From NCBI RefSeq assembly GCF_006345805.1, contig NW_021832195.1, positions 1 through 31,507 of the forward strand: a stretch of DNA of 31,507 nt, written 5' to 3'. Source of the DNA: Octopus sinensis (lineage: Eukaryota). This document shows, one piece after another, positions 1 to 10,830 of this stretch; position 1 is the stretch's first letter, and each line of letters begins with the position of its first letter. The notes beneath the pieces were generated by a model. It was not told the DNA's origin. It worked only from the letters and a program-made list of their open reading frames with translations, and did not search any database. A program made the translations under genes and the position numbers.

Positions 1-536
1 AACACGCATACGCACACCCACAAAAACAAACACACGCGCGCGTACACGCACGCACACACACACACTTATGTGTATATGCAAACTGTACGTGTGTCTGGTC
101 GATTTTCCGCACATAATAATGAGGAGATGAAAACATAACACATTAACCGTCAGATTTTTCCGTAACTACGCGAATCTCGACGTGCTTTCAGATATTTTCC
201 CTGATATAATCTTTAACAACTATCTTCGCCAATCGTTTCAACAAATGGATCTTAAAAGAAATTATGGTTGATTATATATGGGTATGTATCATACTTCTGC
301 TAATTGTTTCAGATGTCTTAAGAAGCGCTGCGCAAACACTGACACTTTTCTCGCCTTTTCTTCCAAACGTCACATTCATAATGTGACAAGCGAACGGGGT
401 GCAGGCTATGTCAGCTTGTACCCTGTTGCAGCTATGTAGACTGGAGCGACGTAGATTGACGTACTTTCAATCCCAACCCCGATCTAGGAAACGAATACTC
501 GGTTTTGTGGACACGAATCCAATACTCTAATTGTTT

Positions 537-921
537 GTGGAGGCGCAATGGCCCAGTAGTTAGGGCAGCGGACTCGTGGTCATAGGATCGCGGTTTCGAT
601 TCCCAGACCGGGCGTTGTGAGTGTTTATTGAGCGAAAACACCTAAAAGCTCCACGAGGCCCGGCAGGGATGGTGGTGATCCCTGCTGTACTCTTTCACCA
701 CAACTTTCTCTTACTCTTACTTCCTGTTTCTGTGTACCTGTATTCAAAGGGCCGGCCTGTCACTCTCTGTGTCACGCTGAATATCCCCGAGAACTACGTT
801 AAGGGTGCACTGTCTGTGGAGTGCTCAGCCACTTACACGTTAATTTCACAGAGCAGCTGTTGTTCCGATGATTCGGATCAACCGGAACCCTCATCGTCGT
901 AACCGACGGAGTGCTTCATCC
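537..921 (+). mobile_element. tRNA-derived SINE, family A, full length
   Basis: Head has A-box TGGCCCAGTAG and B-box-like GTTTCGATTCC. Near-identical to 16812-17195. Perfect 13-bp TSD ACTCTAATTGTTT at 524-536 and 922-934. Confidence 0.92.
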
Positions 922-1336
922 ACTCTAATTGTTTTGCCACGCACCTGCCTACCTGCGCCTCACGAAAATGTGAGCATTTAGATATTTTGTTGAGTCAACT
1001 TTGAAATGTGTGTGTGTATATGTGTATCTGAAAATACGTGTCTATATCTATGTCTGTATTTACGTTGGCACCACTTTAAAAAAATGGTGTTCTTGTTTCG
1101 CCAAATAGAGGGCGACAGGGTAAAGACTAGATGGAAGTAGAAGTACTGGAGTGTATAAGACTGAGCGAAGCACTTGAAGGGGGTGCCCCGGGAGGGCTAC
1201 CGTCTATTGGCGGAAATAAGTAAACGAATAAGAAAACTGTTCATATACATATATACCTGTATGTTTACATACACACACGCACACATACACACACATATTC
1301 ATTATGTGTGTGTGTGTGCGCGCGTTTTGCTTTGAG

Positions 1337-1490
1337 TACATCCCCGTAAACTGGCTGTTCGGCAAAATAGATCGATAGAATGAGGAACGGCTTAAAATAA
1401 AATGACATTGAGGTCGATTTGTTCGATAACTATTTTGAGGCGGTGCTCCAGCATGATCGCAGTCTAATGACAGGAACAAGCAAATAAAAG
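1337..1490 (+). mobile_element. Decayed 3' half of SINE family B
   Basis: Matches 15990-16135 (TCCCCG...GTTCGGCAAAA...GGTCGATTTG...GGCGGTGCTCCAGCATG..CGCAGTC.AATGAC). An even older tail-like remnant may lie at ~1105-1235. Confidence 0.75.
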
Positions 1491-1926
1491 CAGCTCTAGA
1501 GTAAATTCTTAATCTATATAACATATCCAACGTGTGTATATCGTTGAAAAGCCAGATGTAATTTTCGTCTGGAAAAAATCACTTTACAGATATTATAGTG
1601 TTAAAAAGCTCAGCATAATTCAGACTGACCGATTCGAAATGATGTTTACCTGACAAGCTGCAAAAATGGTGAAATGTACGTCTGTCGCTCGCGCAGTCAC
1701 TTTCGGAGAGATATTGTTTCGCTAGCTCTGAAGTATATTGTTTTTTCAACTCCATGTCACCTCTGTCTTTTCAACGATACATTATATATGTTATATAAAT
1801 TTTAAAAGATTAATCTAGTCCGAATTTTATTCATCTACGAAATGTCATGGCAATTCACTTCAGAATTATGCTTCAGAATCATCGTTTCGGCATCCTTTCG
1901 GGAAAGGACCGAGAGTGTTAGATAAG

Positions 1927-1927
1927 T

Positions 1928-1959
<32 letters not shown>

Positions 1960-1981
1960 GCTTATATATATATGTGTGTGT

Positions 1982-2029
<48 letters not shown>

Positions 2030-2039
2030 GTGTGTGTGT
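1927..2039. repeat. (CT)n-(TA)n-(TG)n compound microsatellite
   Basis: Directly visible dinucleotide runs. Confidence 0.95.
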
Positions 2040-2133
2040 CTAAAATTAAATAAGTGTAGAAATTAATATCAATTAATTAAAACCAGCGGCCTAGCATATT
2101 TTTTAAAAATCCGAAGATTAAAAATTATTTTAC

Positions 2134-2566
2134 ATACAAAATTTAGAAGACTGACCACTAAAAATGGACAGCCTATATGCTAGATATAGACGTCAAAAAC
2201 GCCATTTTCCACGAAGAATGTGTTCTCAAGAAAAAAACTCAGCAAAAAGACCAGTGTAAAAATAAGCAAGACAGATGAAAATATACGAAATAAAAAACGA
2301 TTACCCATGTACTAATTAGTTTCACTTGTTAATATTTACGTATATGGATACGCAAACATTTGCAAGATAATCAGCATAGTCTGTCGTTTACAAAACACAA
2401 TTTCCAGAACTAGATACGGAGCGCTCAACCGAAATCCACTAATTATAAAGTTCTACACTTTATATTTATGTGTATGCCTTCAAATGCCTTCACTTTGGCG
2501 CACTGAGATTTTGACGTCTATATCTATCATATAGGCTGTCCATTTTTAGTCCTCTAAATTTTGTAT
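2134..2566. mobile_element. Fold-back non-autonomous element (probable Penelope pLTR derivative)
   Basis: Inverted arms 2134-2198 and 2509-2566 (ATACAAAATTTAGA...AAAAATGGACAGCCTATATG.TAGATATAGACGTCAAAA, 7-bp indel). The spacer contains a hammerhead-like motif. Confidence 0.75.
2305..2379 (-). ncRNA. Minimal type-I hammerhead-like motif (G8U defect)
   Basis: Minus strand reads CTATG-CTGATTA-T-CTTG...long hairpin ATGTTTGCGTAT/ATACGTAAATAT...CAAG-T-GAAACTAATTAGTA-CATGG. Stem I is CTATG/CATGG; stem III is the palindrome ACTAATTAGT. Confidence 0.65.
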
Positions 2567-2672
2567 ATATATATAATGTTTTTTTAGAATTTCTGGATGC
2601 TTCTGTTTAATGAAGTTTTCCTATATTGTTGAAAACTCGAAATAGAGAGTAATTAACAGTCAACAACTAAAG

Positions 2673-2960
2673 AGGGGTTAGTGGTCAGGGTGTTGCACTC
2701 ACGAAAGCGAGATCGTGGGTTCGATTCCCGGACTGGGTGTTGTGTTGTGTTCTTGAAAGCACTTCATTTCACGTTGCTCTGCGATCATTTCGACATCTGA
2801 CATGTAGCATCCGTTGCACCTGTACAGGTAATGTCGATTCGATTGCGGGACTGAGCTTATGTGTACACAAAGATTTGATCACTATAAACAAATCGTCTGT
2901 GTGGTTGTTCGCCAAGAAATTGCCGAGACATCAAACGTCATTTAACGACGGGAGGGTCCA
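2673..2960 (+). mobile_element. Older tRNA-derived SINE
   Basis: GTTAGTGGTCAGGG A-box-like sequence, GGGTTCGATTCCCGG B-box, head resembles family A, ends in (ATT)n. Confidence 0.7.
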
Positions 2961-2978
2961 TTATTATTATTATTACTA

Positions 2979-3029
<51 letters not shown>

Positions 3030-3095
3030 TATATATATGTATGTGTGTATGTATATATGTATATATATATGTATATATATATGCATATAATATTG

Positions 3096-3126
<31 letters not shown>

Positions 3127-3133
3127 CTCAATT

Positions 3134-3172
<39 letters not shown>
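2960..3172. repeat. (ATT)n/(AAT)n/(TA)n microsatellite cluster
   Basis: Directly visible. Confidence 0.95.
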
Positions 3173-3174
<2 letters not shown>

Positions 3175-3392
3175 CATGCAAAGGTACCTGAAGCCCAGTT
3201 ACAACTGCAGCCGGCCATTACCGGTAAAGGTTTAGTTGCCAATTCTGTACAAACATTGTAGATCTTTAGCTGGGCTAAAAAGTCACATTCGATCACAGCA
3301 CCAGTAGCATTTTAAGCTTCGTGCAATGGCCATACTCGATACGAGGGGGCAGCCATAATAATAATAATAATATGTATGCATATTTATATATG

Positions 3393-3435
<43 letters not shown>

Positions 3436-3443
3436 TTATATAT

Positions 3444-4330
3444 TTTTTTTTATCTAGTTTCAGCTCACAAGCTGTGGCCATGCTGGGGCCCGCCATTTGG
3501 TGTTGCTACATGATTTATTTCACGAATGCTTTTTTACAATGCCATTTGGTGCATGAGATAGTTCGATGCAGCTGCCCTCATCTGCACCTCCTGCCGTGAA
3601 GTTGGTTCATCTGGGATACCTGTTTCATTTAAAGACATCTGCATCCACCCCATGCAGGTCTCTTAGGTTCTTCGGGAGGATATTGAAAGCTGTGGGCCTC
3701 GGAAGCCCAGGCTATCACAGTATCTTGTCCTACATCTTGATGGCAAATTTTAAGTCCTTGGCACTATGCAGTGGCGCCCAGTTCTGGCATTTGTGTAACT
3801 CTCGATACCAAAGTTTGGGACACGTCCTTGTAGGATCTTCCAGATGTATATTATGGCAAATCTTTCTCGCCTACGCGCTAAGGAATAGAGTCTCAATCTC
3901 TTGAGTCTTTCCCAATAGCTTATATGCTCCATAGAGGCTATCTTCTTCGTGTAGCTTCGTTGGATTGTCTCAATTCTGAGATTAATTTGACACTGGTTGG
4001 TGACCATAGCTGAGAGCAATAGTCAAAGTGGCTTAGGACAAGCGTCCTCCAGAGGACCATCATGGTTTCCTGGTCTCTTGTTCTAAAGGTTCTAAGAATC
4101 CATCGGGTCAGCCGCCTACATTTCATTGCCAATTTAGCAACATGTACATGAAAGGTTGCATCATCACTCATGTAAATACCCAGGTCTCGCACAGATTGTG
4201 CCTCTGGGATTGCAATTCCTCCAGGTCCAGTGTATTTATTGGGTATTCCATTTAGTTTTGCATGCTGATAGCATAAGGCTTGAAACTTTTCAGCATTGAA
4301 CTGCATGCTATTCTTTTCAGCCCACTTGTA
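3444..4330 (-). mobile_element. 5'-truncated CR1-group LINE (3' end of RT ORF plus 3' UTR), frameshifted
   Basis: Minus-strand frames give WAEKNSMQFNAEKFQ, VRDLGIYMSDD, LVLSHFDYCSQLWSP, ETIQRSYTKKI...YWERLKRLRLYSLARRRER, typical of the CR1/L2-group RT C-terminus. A-rich tail at ~3444-3450. Confidence 0.88.
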
Positions 4331-4349
4331 TATATATATATATATAATT

Positions 4350-4754
4350 TCAACAATTGAGGGTAAAATTAATTAATTAATCAATTTCACCAAGTGTTCA
4401 GTATGCAAAGGGACCATTTAAGGTGAATTCAAATTATTACATTATATAAAAGGGCTTAGTAAAATACTTTCAGTGTTTTCAAATCCAAACCAGGGAGTTC
4501 TGAGCTGATGATAGAAGTGTCGTGTTGACTAATCTTGAAACGTACGTTCTCAAATAACCTTTGCACTTGATTTTTAATGTCTCTACCCCATATTTGCGTG
4601 AGTTGAATTGAGCAAACACTATATGAGAGAGTTTTCTTTAAGTATTAGAAATAGTTTTAAAAAAGTTTTTTTAGCTGCTATTTCTAATGAGTTCAGTATG
4701 CGGCAAAGTAATTTATTTTACTAAGCCCTTTTATATAATGTAATAATTTGAATT
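4350..4754. mobile_element. Fold-back non-autonomous element (probable pLTR derivative), same family as 23349-24640
   Basis: Perfect 41-bp inverted repeat at 4426-4466 and 4714-4754. 4360-4425 is homologous to the reverse complement of 24552-24635. Internal hammerhead at 4501-4552. Confidence 0.8.
4501..4552 (+). ncRNA. Minimal type-I hammerhead ribozyme motif
   Basis: TGAG-CTGATGA-T-AGA..GTC GTGTT GAC..TCT-T-GAAACGTACGTT-CTCA: canonical core, stem I TGAG/CTCA, palindrome AACGTACGTT. Confidence 0.75.
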
Positions 4755-4792
4755 ATATATATATATATATAAAGGCAGAAGAAGAAGCTTAT

Positions 4793-4950
4793 ATGAATAT
4801 AAACCACAGATTTTTATATGCATACTTATTATTTTTCAGGAAATCAATTCCCCCAAAATATTAAGTATTGAACAAATATTTCTTTGGATGACCCCATCCC
4901 TTCATGAGACTAACATAACCTCTAATCGAGGTGTGCAGGTAAAAAATAAT
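4793..4950 (+). repeat. Interspersed repeat, homologous to the reverse complement of ~27675-27805
   Basis: Shared ATGAATATAAAC.ACAG, GGAAATCAATTCCCC.CAAAATATTA.GTATT, TTGGATG, TCATGAG..TAACATAACCTCT. Confidence 0.7.
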
Positions 4951-5017
4951 TAAAAAAAAATTTATAGAAAAAATAAAGCAAGTTTGAATTTTAATCGTTG
5001 TCCCTGAAAAGAGTGTC

Positions 5018-5020
5018 ATA

Positions 5021-5116
<96 letters not shown>

Positions 5117-5681
5117 GTTTATGAATGTTTGTATGTGTGTGTATATGTATATGTATATATGTATGTAGAGATGGATAAGCGTATATGTGTGTATACTTTA
5201 AGTATATTTGTGAGTGTGTGTAAGTGCCTATATGATTGTATGTATATGTATATATGCATAAGGTTATATGTGCATATATGTATCTAAGACGTTGTATCCA
5301 TTCAGAGCTAGACGATTGTGAGAGGGACAAACGCACACACACACACACATATATATATGTGTGTGTGTCTATATAAATATATATGTGTGTATATATACAA
5401 CCTTCAACAAGGTAACAGTCATGTATACAACTTGAACTGACACATATCATTACATAAACATACGTTCACATGTACATACACATGTACACACACACAGACA
5501 CGTCTACACACTCTCCTAAATACTCACATACATATGTAAGTACATAAGTACATACATACAAGCGTATAGGCATGCGCACATACATACATACATACATACA
5601 TGTACACACATACGCACATACATACATACATAATACATACATACATACATATATGCATACGTACATACATACATACATACA

Positions 5682-5715
<34 letters not shown>

Positions 5716-5790
5716 CATACATACATACATACATAAATACATACATACATACATACATCCACACATATATACATACGTACATATATATAT
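5018..5790. repeat. (TA)n/(TG)n/(CATA)n low-complexity tract
   Basis: Directly visible; source of many spurious ORFs. Confidence 0.95.
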
Positions 5791-5829
5791 CATGAACTAA
5801 CTGTTACTTTCTCAGATGCAGCACGAAGT

Positions 5830-5880
5830 TTTGTCAGTGAAGAGGTCGCGGTCTGAAAGCGAGGAAAATATTTTGACAAA
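5830..5880 (+). ncRNA. Hammerhead-like motif with variant core (G at position 3)
   Basis: TTTGTCA-GTGAAGA-GG-TCGC GGTCTGAAA GCGA-G-GAAAATATTT-TGACAAA: 7-bp stem I, 4-bp stem II, palindrome AAATATTT. Confidence 0.55.
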
Positions 5881-6036
5881 TTAAATTTAAATGTTGAAGT
5901 GAATCTAACGGTTTTGTGTGTTTCTTAAATGGCTTATAAACACCTTCTACGCCGCAATTGTTTTCGTTCCAGCACACGATCTCAGATCAGGTCACTCGCT
6001 ATGCAAGTACATCTCCGTAGTATATATATATATATA

Positions 6037-6570
6037 TAACGGGAAGGTTTACGAAAATAAACAAAAGACGAAGGCAGGTGGAGTACAAACAATGTATTAG
6101 TTTGGCGCTCAGGAATAGAAATAAAACAAGTCTTTTACGTTTCGAGCCTACGCTCTTCGACAGAAAGATACACAGAAAAGAAACGAGAGAAAAAATTGCG
6201 TGTAAGGGCTAACGATCCAACATGGCGTGATTTCAGAAGTCAGAGATCGGAGGTCAAACGTTAGAGGTCAGACGTTAGACGCTAGAGGGATAGTAGGGGA
6301 GATAACAGGGACAAGAGACCTCACTCCAACCTGAAGGTGCGTGTGTGCATCATCAGAGTATGTATGTGCATGTGGAAGAGGGCTGGTGGTTTGGGCGTGT
6401 GTATGTATGTATGATGTGATGTGTAATGTCGTATGGTGTAGTGTAGTGTGGTGTGGGGGAGAGTGAGGGGGGAGAAGAGAGAGGAGGGGAAGGGAGAGGG
6501 GAGGAGAGAGGGGAAAGGAGGAGAGGGGAAGAGGGAGGGGGAAGGGGTGATGAGGGGGAGAGGGGATGAT
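6037..6570 (-). mobile_element. Non-autonomous Penelope-derived element (pLTR plus low-complexity body)
   Basis: Reverse-complement homologue of ~26830-27485. Shares its hammerhead-like pLTR motif with the PLE 3' end at 8497. Confidence 0.8.
6131..6168 (-). ncRNA. Hammerhead-like motif, core CUGUCGA
   Basis: TCTTT-CTGTCGA-A-GAGC GTAG GCTC-GAAACGTA-AAAGA. Confidence 0.6.
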
Positions 6571-6585
6571 ATATGTAAATATATA

Positions 6586-6804
6586 TACTCTTTTATTAGT
6601 TTCGGTCAATTGACCGCTGCCATGCTGCAGAATCGCCTTTAGTCGAGCAAATCGACCACAAGATTTATTCTTTGTAAGCATAGTACTTATTCTATCAGTT
6701 TCTCTTGCCGAACCGCTAAGTGACGGGGACGTAAACACACCAGCATCGGTTGTTGGGGGACAAACACCGACACACAAACATATGCACACACACACACACA
6801 CAAG

Positions 6805-6837
<33 letters not shown>

Positions 6838-6999
6838 GTATATACGACGGGCTTTCAGTTTCCGTCTACCAACTCCACTCACAAGGCGTTGGTCGGCCCG
6901 AGGCTATAGTAGAAGACACTTGTCCAAGATGCCACGCAGTGGAACTGAACCCGGAACCATGTGGTTGGTAAAAGCAAGCTACTTACCACATAGCCACTC
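6586..6999 (-). mobile_element. SINE family B with internal (CA)n
   Basis: Colinear reverse-complement match to 15730-16143. Confidence 0.9.
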
Positions 7000-7319
7000 A
7001 TACATATATATACATACACAAGTGAGTGGACAAACGAAAAAAAGGGCACTCGTCATATTTATTGGGAGTTACATGTATGGATCAAAATAGTTTGATTCAA
7101 ATTCGTTGGTACTCATGAGTTTCAAGCATGATGGTAGTCTTCAGCCATTCTGAATTTGAATGAAAGAAGTTGATTATTAACGTACAATGGGCTGCGACTA
7201 GCGGAGGAATGTCACGTGGTGTCGTGGCTTGATGTTGGTGTAACCGTATATCAGGCTTTTCATTGACAATCATGACTTTGAGACTCAGTCTCAACTCATG
7301 GCTCACCACTTCATCCTAC

Positions 7320-8625
7320 GTGGATATCCCCTCAGCGCTATCCACACAGCCCAGTCGTTGCCCGTCCGTCGTTGCCTCTCACCTACCACACCTCCACCCT
7401 GACCCTCCAACCGACCTTTCCGGCGACTCCATCCGACCCCTCCACCTCGCACATCTTCTCCAACTTATTCCTTCCCTCTTTGAAACGAGCCCACAACCTG
7501 CGTGACTTCCTGGTCCACAGTTTCTTCCCTAACCCCACCACCCAGCTTGCTTCGTGTCCCTGCTCCCGCTCACACTGCCATACTTGCCCCTACCTCTCCA
7601 ACACCACCATCCTCACCTGCACCCATCATTGTCCTTATCATATCACCGATTCCTTTATCTGCACATCTAACAACGTCATTTACTGCATCTCCTGCTCTTT
7701 CTGCTCTTCTCATCGGTTAAACGGGACGCCGCTTGGATAGCCGGTTCGTGGAGCACCCTCGAGACATCAGACTCAGCAATGACATCCTCGTCTCCGGTTA
7801 TTCACTACAACACCTATCTGTGTTGAGATTTGTCTTTACACAGGGTCCATCTGGACTCCCACCTTCGCCGTGAACAGGTATTTTTTATCTTGTCCACGAT
7901 CTTTTGCTTCACATGGGCTCAACTCCCTTGCTCTCTTCTCTTCATCGGACACCTACTTCCTCTCTTCACTCCTACCACCAACTCTATTTATACCACCCCA
8001 CCCTACCCCCATGCATCCACCCCACACCCACATCTTCATCCATCTCACATCACCAAACCCCAACCACACACCACCCCACATCGCCCCACACTCCATACCC
8101 TACCCACACACCACAGTCCATATCACCACACCACCACATCACACCACCCCACACCACTCAACACATACACTAGCGCTGACCACTTTCCAGCACCCATTCC
8201 ACCATCATCCGCACAACCACACAAATCATCTACACACTCACACGTTACAGACGCATACACTTACACACGCATACCTCCACACACGTCAAAGATACTAGCC
8301 TCCATCCACACACACACGCACTTAAAAATTCTCACATACACACACGCACACGCACCTTCGTTTTGGGATGACCAAAACTTTATTATCTTTCCTTCTTTCA
8401 ACCTCTTCTGTCAAACCTTTTTCTAATATGTCACCAAGCTTGACCGCTAAATCCACAAGTTTTTTTTTTATTCTCTCTATTTATTTTCCCTTATTCCTTT
8501 CTGCTGAAGAGCGTAGGCTCGAAACGTAAAAGACTTTCTCACTTTCCCGAGTGTCAAATTAATACACTTGCTTGCTGTTCACACGCTTGTCTTTGTCTTT
8601 TGTTTATATATAAATTTCAACTGTG
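7320..8625 (+). mobile_element. 5'-truncated Penelope-like element 3' end: Cys-linker, GIY-YIG endonuclease remnant, CAC-rich UTR, pLTR
   Basis: KRAHNLRDFLVHS, CSRSHCHTC Cys linker (Neptune-like), FICTSNNVIYCISCSFC, then shifted frame IG*TGRRLDSRFVEHPRDI and ..SHGLN. Followed by a hammerhead-like motif at 8497-8532. Confidence 0.88.
8497..8532 (+). ncRNA. Hammerhead-like motif, core CUGCUGA
   Basis: CTTT-CTGCTGA-A-GAGC GTAG GCTC-GAAACGTA-AAAG, downstream of the PLE endonuclease. Confidence 0.6.
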
Positions 8626-8748
8626 TGTGTGTGTATTATTCCTAGACAAGAATATTGTTCAGTTCTATGTTTTAAGAGATGAGGAATTATGTACATTATT
8701 TACATTATTTACATTTGACGGATATTTGTCCTCATCTTGTTTGTTGTT

Positions 8749-8794
8749 AACACAACATTTCAGCTGATATACCCTCCAGCCTTCATCAGGTGTC
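8749..8794 (-). ncRNA. Minimal hammerhead motif (CpG-decayed copy)
   Basis: GACAC-CTGATGA-A-GGCTG..CAGCT-GAAATGTT-GTGTT. The sister copy at 9234-9278 (+) has a broken core (CTGGAGA...GAAT). Confidence 0.7.
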
Positions 8795-8930
8795 TGGGGG
8801 AAATTTCAAATCTGGGTTTCTCATTCCTAAGGTAACCACTACGCCATATGCCCGTGGGCATATGGCGTAGTGGTTATGAGCACGAGGTACTAACCCCAAG
8901 ATTCCGAGTTCGATTCCAGGCGGAGACCTG

Positions 8931-8942
8931 AATAATAATACT

Positions 8943-8990
<48 letters not shown>

Positions 8991-9003
8991 GATGATGATG
9001 ATG

Positions 9004-9093
<90 letters not shown>

Positions 9094-9122
9094 TTAATAT
9101 AATAATAATAATATTAATAATA

Positions 9123-9160
<38 letters not shown>

Positions 9161-9185
9161 TAATAATAATAATAACAACAACAAC
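8931..9185. repeat. (AAT)n/(GAT)n/(AAC)n microsatellite inside the element
   Basis: Directly visible. Confidence 0.95.
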
Positions 9186-9379
9186 ATCGAAAATACCTTA
9201 GGAATGCGAACCCAGGTTCGAAATCTCCCCCAAGACACCTGGAGAAGCCTGGAGGGTATATCAGCAGAATGCTGTGTTAACAACAAACAAGATGAGGACA
9301 AATATCCGTCAATTGTAAATAATGTAAATAATGTACATAAGAATATTGTTGACAGTGACTTTTGGCCAGCAAAGCCATT

Positions 9380-9800
9380 TTCGAACTGCAATGGATTCGA
9401 TTTAGTCTTAGTTTGATATAGATTCTGTTGGGTTTAAATCTTCTTTGGGTGTATGGATTTGAACGGAATGGTAAATACGTTTGTACGGTTGGCTTTTATA
9501 GAGACATTTTGGAGAAAATTTCACTGATTAAATTTGGGGCTATGTTATTGTTAAAATTCATGTGTGTAGAACTTTGTATACAAGTGTGTGTGTGTGTTTC
9601 TGTTTTGTTAGACAGACACAAGGTGTGACATTATTTTTGTTGCCTTTGATATTGGATTTAATCCTTTTTCTTTCACAATGTAAAGGTCAAAGTTACGAAG
9701 TCCAGTATTTAATCTCTTAGTAACTGGGTGTGTCTGTTTTCCACAAAATAATGTAGATATGTGGTAAATTTAGGCTGGTCATCTTGTTGTTGCTTTTTGG
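9380..9800 (-). pseudogene. Highly decayed Penelope-like RT fragment
   Basis: Minus strand ~9500-9445 reads Y/KPTVQTYLPFRSN, resembling the PLE thumb motif Y.KPT....YL...S.HP. HIYIILW near 9760-9740 resembles the DDIFIIW region. Boundaries are uncertain. Confidence 0.45.
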
Positions 9801-10461
9801 GGGTGTTTATCTTTTCATTTCTAAGGTCAGGCATGTCATGGTTTTGTCAGTACAGAAAATTATTTCTCTTGTGCTTTGATGTTTACAAAAGTATTCGGGT
9901 AAAGGTTGTATTTCTATACATTTCTTCCTAGGTGTTCATTGTTCTATAAGCAATTTGATTAGTATTTAGGGAATTTAACCTTTTTATTATGGAGGTAGAG
10001 TGTGTTCCGTGTTTTTTATAGAATTTCTTCAAATTTTGTTCTTAGTGTATGCTAAAGTGAGGCTAATATAGAAGATGTGTGTATATTGATATATAAAATG
10101 GGAACAAAAAGATCTAATTACTACTCTTCTCAAACCCAAATACCCAAAGAAGGTGTTAACTCAACAGAGATTATGTAAAGGCAAGACTACCCGTAATCCT
10201 AATGCAAGACTACCCGAAGATGGTTCAGCTGGCCGAGACTTCAAAGTCACTGACCAAAATATTCATGTTTAAAAATACTGAATTTGTATTCTCCAAAAGT
10301 ATAGAGTAACCCATCAGATTAATATAATTTTAATTAAAACTGAGCATAAAAATAACGATTAAGATACAGATATGCACACACACATATACACACACACATT
10401 TAATGTAATATTCCGAGACGGTAAGATAAGCAAAAAGTACTCCATCGAGTGAGAGATAAGT

Positions 10462-10830
10462 ACACACACGCACACACACACCCACGCACACACACACCCA
10501 CACCACACACACACACACACACACACCCACACGCACACACACGCACACCACACACACACACATGCACGCACACACACACACCACACACACGCACACACAT
10601 GCGCACACCACGCACACACCACACGCCACACACACGCACTCAACCACCACACACACACAACACACGCACGCACACACACACCGCACACACACGCACGCAC
10701 ACACACACACATACACACACGCACACGCACACACACACAAACGCACACACACGCACGCACGCACACACACACATGCACACACACACACACGCACGCACAC
10801 GCACACACACGCACACACACACACACACAT
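10462..10830. repeat. Degenerate (CA)n/(CACG)n tract
   Basis: Directly visible. Confidence 0.95.

Larger units (their letters stand above)
8660..9338. mobile_element. Head-to-head dimer of tRNA-headed, (AAT)n, hammerhead-tailed element
   Basis: Inverted tails ~8660-8833 and ~9193-9338, central 21-bp palindrome 8833-8876, tRNA-like head 8856-8929, perfect 12-bp TSD AAGAATATTGTT at 8648-8659 and 9339-9350. Confidence 0.88.

Noticed and set aside
537-615. tRNA genes at SINE heads (also 2673, 8856, 15730, 16812, 21782, 28988)
   Set aside because: No complete cloverleaf or acceptor stem, and they are embedded in longer, mostly multi-copy elements, several with TSDs.
7015-7320. Possible DNA transposon end
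   Set aside because: No matching second TIR or transposase motif found in the window.
9204-9416. Recurrent ORF MRTQVRNFP... (also 28306-28551, 29217-29582)
   Set aside because: Incidental translation of the hammerhead-bearing tail, with differing ends and no protein motif.
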